A stretch of 64,000 nucleotides of DNA, taken from contig DATAID010000003.1 of the NCBI GenBank assembly GCA_036262835.1, forward strand, positions 34,328-98,327, given 5' to 3'. The notes beneath the pieces are model-generated. The model worked only from the letters and a program-made list of their open reading frames with translations. It ran no database searches and had not been told where the DNA came from. Both the position numbers and the translations under genes were made by a program. Source of the stretch: Burkholderiales bacterium. Its GTDB lineage: Bacteria > Pseudomonadota > Gammaproteobacteria > Burkholderiales > SG8-39. The stretch's first letter is position 1; every line of letters begins with the position of its first letter. Below are positions 61,163 through 64,000 of this stretch, in pieces.

Positions 61163-62068
61163 TTAGCGCGCGAGGCGCTTCGCGTGTGTGACGAACTCGC
61201 GGCCGGCCGCGCTGGCGGCGATGCCACCCGGTGCACGCCGCCAGGCGAGCCAGAGATCGAGCCTGGGATGCGGATCCGAGATTTCGCGGTAGACGACGCC
61301 GCGCCGGCCAAGATTGGCGAGGCAGGCCGGTACGAGCGCGACGCCCAGGCCGCTCGAGACGAGGCTCACCACCGTCTGCATCTGGATCGCTTCCTGGGCG
61401 AGGCGCGGCGCGAACCCGGCGCGCGCGGTGATGCCGCTGACGATGTCGTGCAGGCCCGGGGCCATCTGGCGCGGCACCATGACGAAGGCCTCATCCGCGA
61501 GCTCGCGCGCGGCAAGCGCTCCGCGCCCGCGTGCAAGCCGATGCCGCGCCGGAAGCGCCGCGACGAAGCGGTCGCGCTGCACCACGAGGTGCTCGAGCTC
61601 GGGGACAGCAACGGGCGGCAGCAACAGGCCGAAATCGAGCTCGTTGGCGGCGAGCGCGGCCGACTGCTCGGGCGAGAGCATCTCTCGCAGGGCGAGCGCG
61701 ACGCCGGGCAGCGCCGCCTTGTAGGCCTTGAGAAGCCCCGGCAGGACGCCGAAGTCGGCAAGCGAGACAAAGCCGATCCGCAGCCGCCCGCCGGTGCCGG
61801 CGGCCATGCGGCCGACCTCGAGCACCGCGCGCTCGAGCTGGGCGAGCAGGCGCTTCGCCTCTTCGAGGAAGCGCGCGCCCTCGGGCGTGAGCTCCACCTT
61901 GCGGCGCGAGCGCGCGAGCAGCGTCGCGCCGACGCGCGCTTCCAGATCCCGGATCGAGCGCGAAAGCGGCGGCTGCGAGATGTGGAGCGCCGCCGCGGCG
62001 CGGCCGAAATGCAGCCGCTCGGCGACGGCGACGAAGTGGCGCAGCTGGCGCAGGTCCGGGCTATTCAT
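61163..62068 (-). CDS. LysR-family transcriptional regulator, divergent from ilvD
   Basis: N-terminal HTH ([38 protein letters not shown]) and a substrate-binding domain; 301 aa. Confidence 0.9.
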   Translation of the reverse strand: MNSPDLRQLRHFVAVAERLHFGRAAAALHISQPPLSRSIRDLEARVGATLLARSRRKVELTPEGARFLEEAKRLLAQLERAVLEVGRMAAGTGGRLRIGFVSLADFGVLPGLLKAYKAALPGVALALREMLSPEQSAALAANELDFGLLLPPVAVPELEHLVVQRDRFVAALPARHRLARGRGALAARELADEAFVMVPRQMAPGLHDIVSGITARAGFAPRLAQEAIQMQTVVSLVSSGLGVALVPACLANLGRRGVVYREISDPHPRLDLWLAWRRAPGGIAASAAGREFVTHAKRLAR

Positions 62069-62159
62069 ACCAAATAGGTATCACTAGACGATTTCTATTG
62101 TATTGGATCGCAACACTCTCGCCGCGTACACTGCGCCGCTCTCAAGGAGGGAGTTCCCC

Positions 62160-63848
62160 ATGGCCGATAACGCCAACCGCCGCTCGAAGCTGATCACCCA
62201 CGGCCCCGCCCGCTCGCCCAACCGCGCGATGCTGCGCGCCGTCGGCTTCAAGGACGGGGATTTTGAGAAGCCCATCGTCGGCGTGGCGAACGGCCACTCG
62301 ACCATGAATCCGTGCAACGCGGGCATCCAGCCTCTCGTCGACCGCGCCATGCGCGCGCTGGAGGAGGCGGGCGCGAAGCCGCAGGTCTTCGGCGTGCCCA
62401 CCGTCACCGACGGCATCGGCATGGGCACCGAGGCGATGAAGTACTCGCTCGTTTCGCGCGAGGTGATCGCGGACGCGATCGAGACCTCCGTCAACGGCCA
62501 GGCGATGGACGGCGCGCTCGTGATCGGCGGCTGCGACAAGAACATGCCGGGCGGCATGATGGCGATCGCGCGCATGAACGTGCCCGCCATCTACGTCTAT
62601 GGCGGCACGATCAAGCCCGGCAAATGGAAAGGCCAGGACCTCACCATCGTGTCGGCCTTCGAGGCCGTGGGCGCCTTCAGCGCGGGCAAGATGAGCCAGG
62701 AAGACTTCATCGGCATCGAAAAAAATGCCTGCCCGTCGGTCGGCGCCTGCGGCGGCATGTACACCGCGAACACGATGAGCTCCTCGTTCGAGGCGCTCGG
62801 CATGAGCCTGCTCGGCTCATCGCAGATGGCCTCACCCGACGCCGAAAAGGCCGACTCCTCGGCCGAGTCGGCGCGCGTGCTCGTGGAGGCGGTGAAGAAA
62901 AATCTCAAGCCGCGCGACATCATCACGCGCAAGTCGATCGAGAACGCCGTGGCCTTGATCATGGCCACGGGCGGCTCGACCAACGGCGTGCTGCACTACC
63001 TCGCGATCGCCGCCGCGGCGGGCGTGAAATGGACGATCGACGACTTCGAGCGCGTGCGCCGCAAGGTGCCGGTGCTGTGCGACCTCAAGCCGTCGGGGCG
63101 CTATGTCGCGGTCGATTTTCATCGCGCGGGCGGCGTGCCGCAGGTGCTCAAGATCCTGCTGGCGAACGGCGTGCTGCACGGCGATTGCATGACGATTCAC
63201 GGCAAGACCATGGAGGAGATGCTGAAGGACGTGCCCGCCGAGCCGCGCAAGGACCAGGACGTCATTCGCCCCTGGTCCGAGCCGCTCTACAAGGAAGGCC
63301 ACCTCGCGATCCTCAAGGGCAATCTCGCGACCGAGGGTTGCGTCGCGAAGATCACGGGCCTCAAAAACCCGATGATCACCGGCCCGGCGCGCGTCTTCGA
63401 TTCGGAGAACGAGTGCATGCGGGCGATCATGGCTCGGAGAATCAAGCCGGGCGATGTGATCGTCATCCGCTACGAGGGTCCCAAAGGCGGGCCTGGGATG
63501 CAGGAAATGCTAGCGCCCACTTCGGCGCTGATCGGCCAGGGGCTTGGCGAATCCGTTGGGCTTTTGACGGACGGGCGTTTCTCCGGCGGCACCTGGGGAA
63601 TGGTGGTCGGGCACGTGGCGCCGGAGGCCTACGTGGGCGGCACCATCGCGCTCGTGAAGCAGGGCGACTCGATCACGATCGATGCGAAGAAGCGCCTAAT
63701 CCGGCTGAACGTCTCGGCCAAAGAGCTCGCCGCGCGCCGCAAAAAATGGAAAGCGCCCAAGCCGCGTTACACCGCCGGACTCATGGCGAAGTACATGCGC
63801 CTCGTGTCGACAGCCAGCAAGGGTGCAATCACCGACGGCGGAAGCTAA
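62160..63848 (+). CDS. ilvD: Dihydroxy-acid dehydratase
   Basis: Starts MADNANRRS (ATG 62160, AAGGAGGG RBS). [25 protein letters not shown]. Confidence 0.95.
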   Translation: MADNANRRSKLITHGPARSPNRAMLRAVGFKDGDFEKPIVGVANGHSTMNPCNAGIQPLVDRAMRALEEAGAKPQVFGVPTVTDGIGMGTEAMKYSLVSREVIADAIETSVNGQAMDGALVIGGCDKNMPGGMMAIARMNVPAIYVYGGTIKPGKWKGQDLTIVSAFEAVGAFSAGKMSQEDFIGIEKNACPSVGACGGMYTANTMSSSFEALGMSLLGSSQMASPDAEKADSSAESARVLVEAVKKNLKPRDIITRKSIENAVALIMATGGSTNGVLHYLAIAAAAGVKWTIDDFERVRRKVPVLCDLKPSGRYVAVDFHRAGGVPQVLKILLANGVLHGDCMTIHGKTMEEMLKDVPAEPRKDQDVIRPWSEPLYKEGHLAILKGNLATEGCVAKITGLKNPMITGPARVFDSENECMRAIMARRIKPGDVIVIRYEGPKGGPGMQEMLAPTSALIGQGLGESVGLLTDGRFSGGTWGMVVGHVAPEAYVGGTIALVKQGDSITIDAKKRLIRLNVSAKELAARRKKWKAPKPRYTAGLMAKYMRLVSTASKGAITDGGS

Positions 63849-64000
63849 AAGCCGGATCCCGGCTGCTTCAGGAACTCGATCTCCTCCGGGGTGCTCTTGC
63901 GCCCGAGGATCGCATTGCGGTGGGGAAACCGGCCGAAGCGCCGGATGATTTCCCAGTGCTTGCGCGCCCATTCCTCGTTTTCGTTTCCCTGGAAGAGCCG
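63845..64000 (-). CDS. DUF924-family protein, C-terminal 51 aa only (5' end outside the window)
   Basis: Minus frame open from nt 64000: ...[43 protein letters not shown], ending at a TAG. Not in the ORF track because no start codon falls in the window. Confidence 0.7.
   Translation of the reverse strand, partial: RLFQGNENEEWARKHWEIIRRFGRFPHRNAILGRKSTPEEIEFLKQPGSGF

Overview
This is a visibly high-GC proteobacterial chromosome segment (about two-thirds G+C by eye, strong GC3 codon bias, not computed). Gene content and synteny fit a betaproteobacterium of Burkholderiales/Rhodocyclales type: several Bug/TctC-family binding proteins, and a DUF4390-like gene plus ntrYX next to rsmB. The window is the replication-origin-proximal core. 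In order it holds metH (3' part), a Thx mini ribosomal protein, a cupin and a flavin-enzyme gene, then def-fmt-rsmB-DUF4390-ntrY-ntrX-Bug on the minus strand. Next come LysM-dprA-smg and a type IA topoisomerase, then gyrB-dnaN-dnaA diverging from rpmH-rnpA-yidD-yidC-mnmE. After pckG and an MFS gene come mnmG-rsmG-parA-parB, followed directly by a complete atpIBEFHAGDC operon. The right third is accessory metabolism: an M20 amidohydrolase, ChaC, GST, CreD with a divergent two-component pair, glpD, a HAD hydrolase, a 2Fe-2S ferredoxin and a CoA-transferase. It continues with a six-gene minus-strand operon alternating enzymes with Bug binding proteins, a GntR regulator, an FAD/Fe-S oxidase, lgt, a LysR regulator, ilvD and a DUF924 fragment. 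Coding density is very high, with about 60 protein genes and many overlapping junctions. I found no rRNA, tRNA, CRISPR array, transposase, integrase, phage gene or recognisable defence gene, so I cannot honestly point to a novel multi-gene system. The signals worth a second look are small-scale. They are an inverted pair of parS sites upstream of mnmG, an ambiguous oriC around dnaA, and a 31-nt Z-DNA-prone tract in front of the topoisomerase gene. Others are an NtrX-like regulator with an eroded AAA+ core, fmt without a canonical start codon, and the fact that all eight convergent gene junctions have 4 nt of spacer or less (three share a CTAG double stop). Also notable are an amidohydrolase translationally coupled to atpC, unannotated small ORFs upstream of creD, the alternating enzyme/Bug operon, and a rare-codon AT-rich patch inside the FAD/Fe-S oxidase gene. 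All family assignments come from reading the translated ORFs and recalling family motifs; no database search was run.
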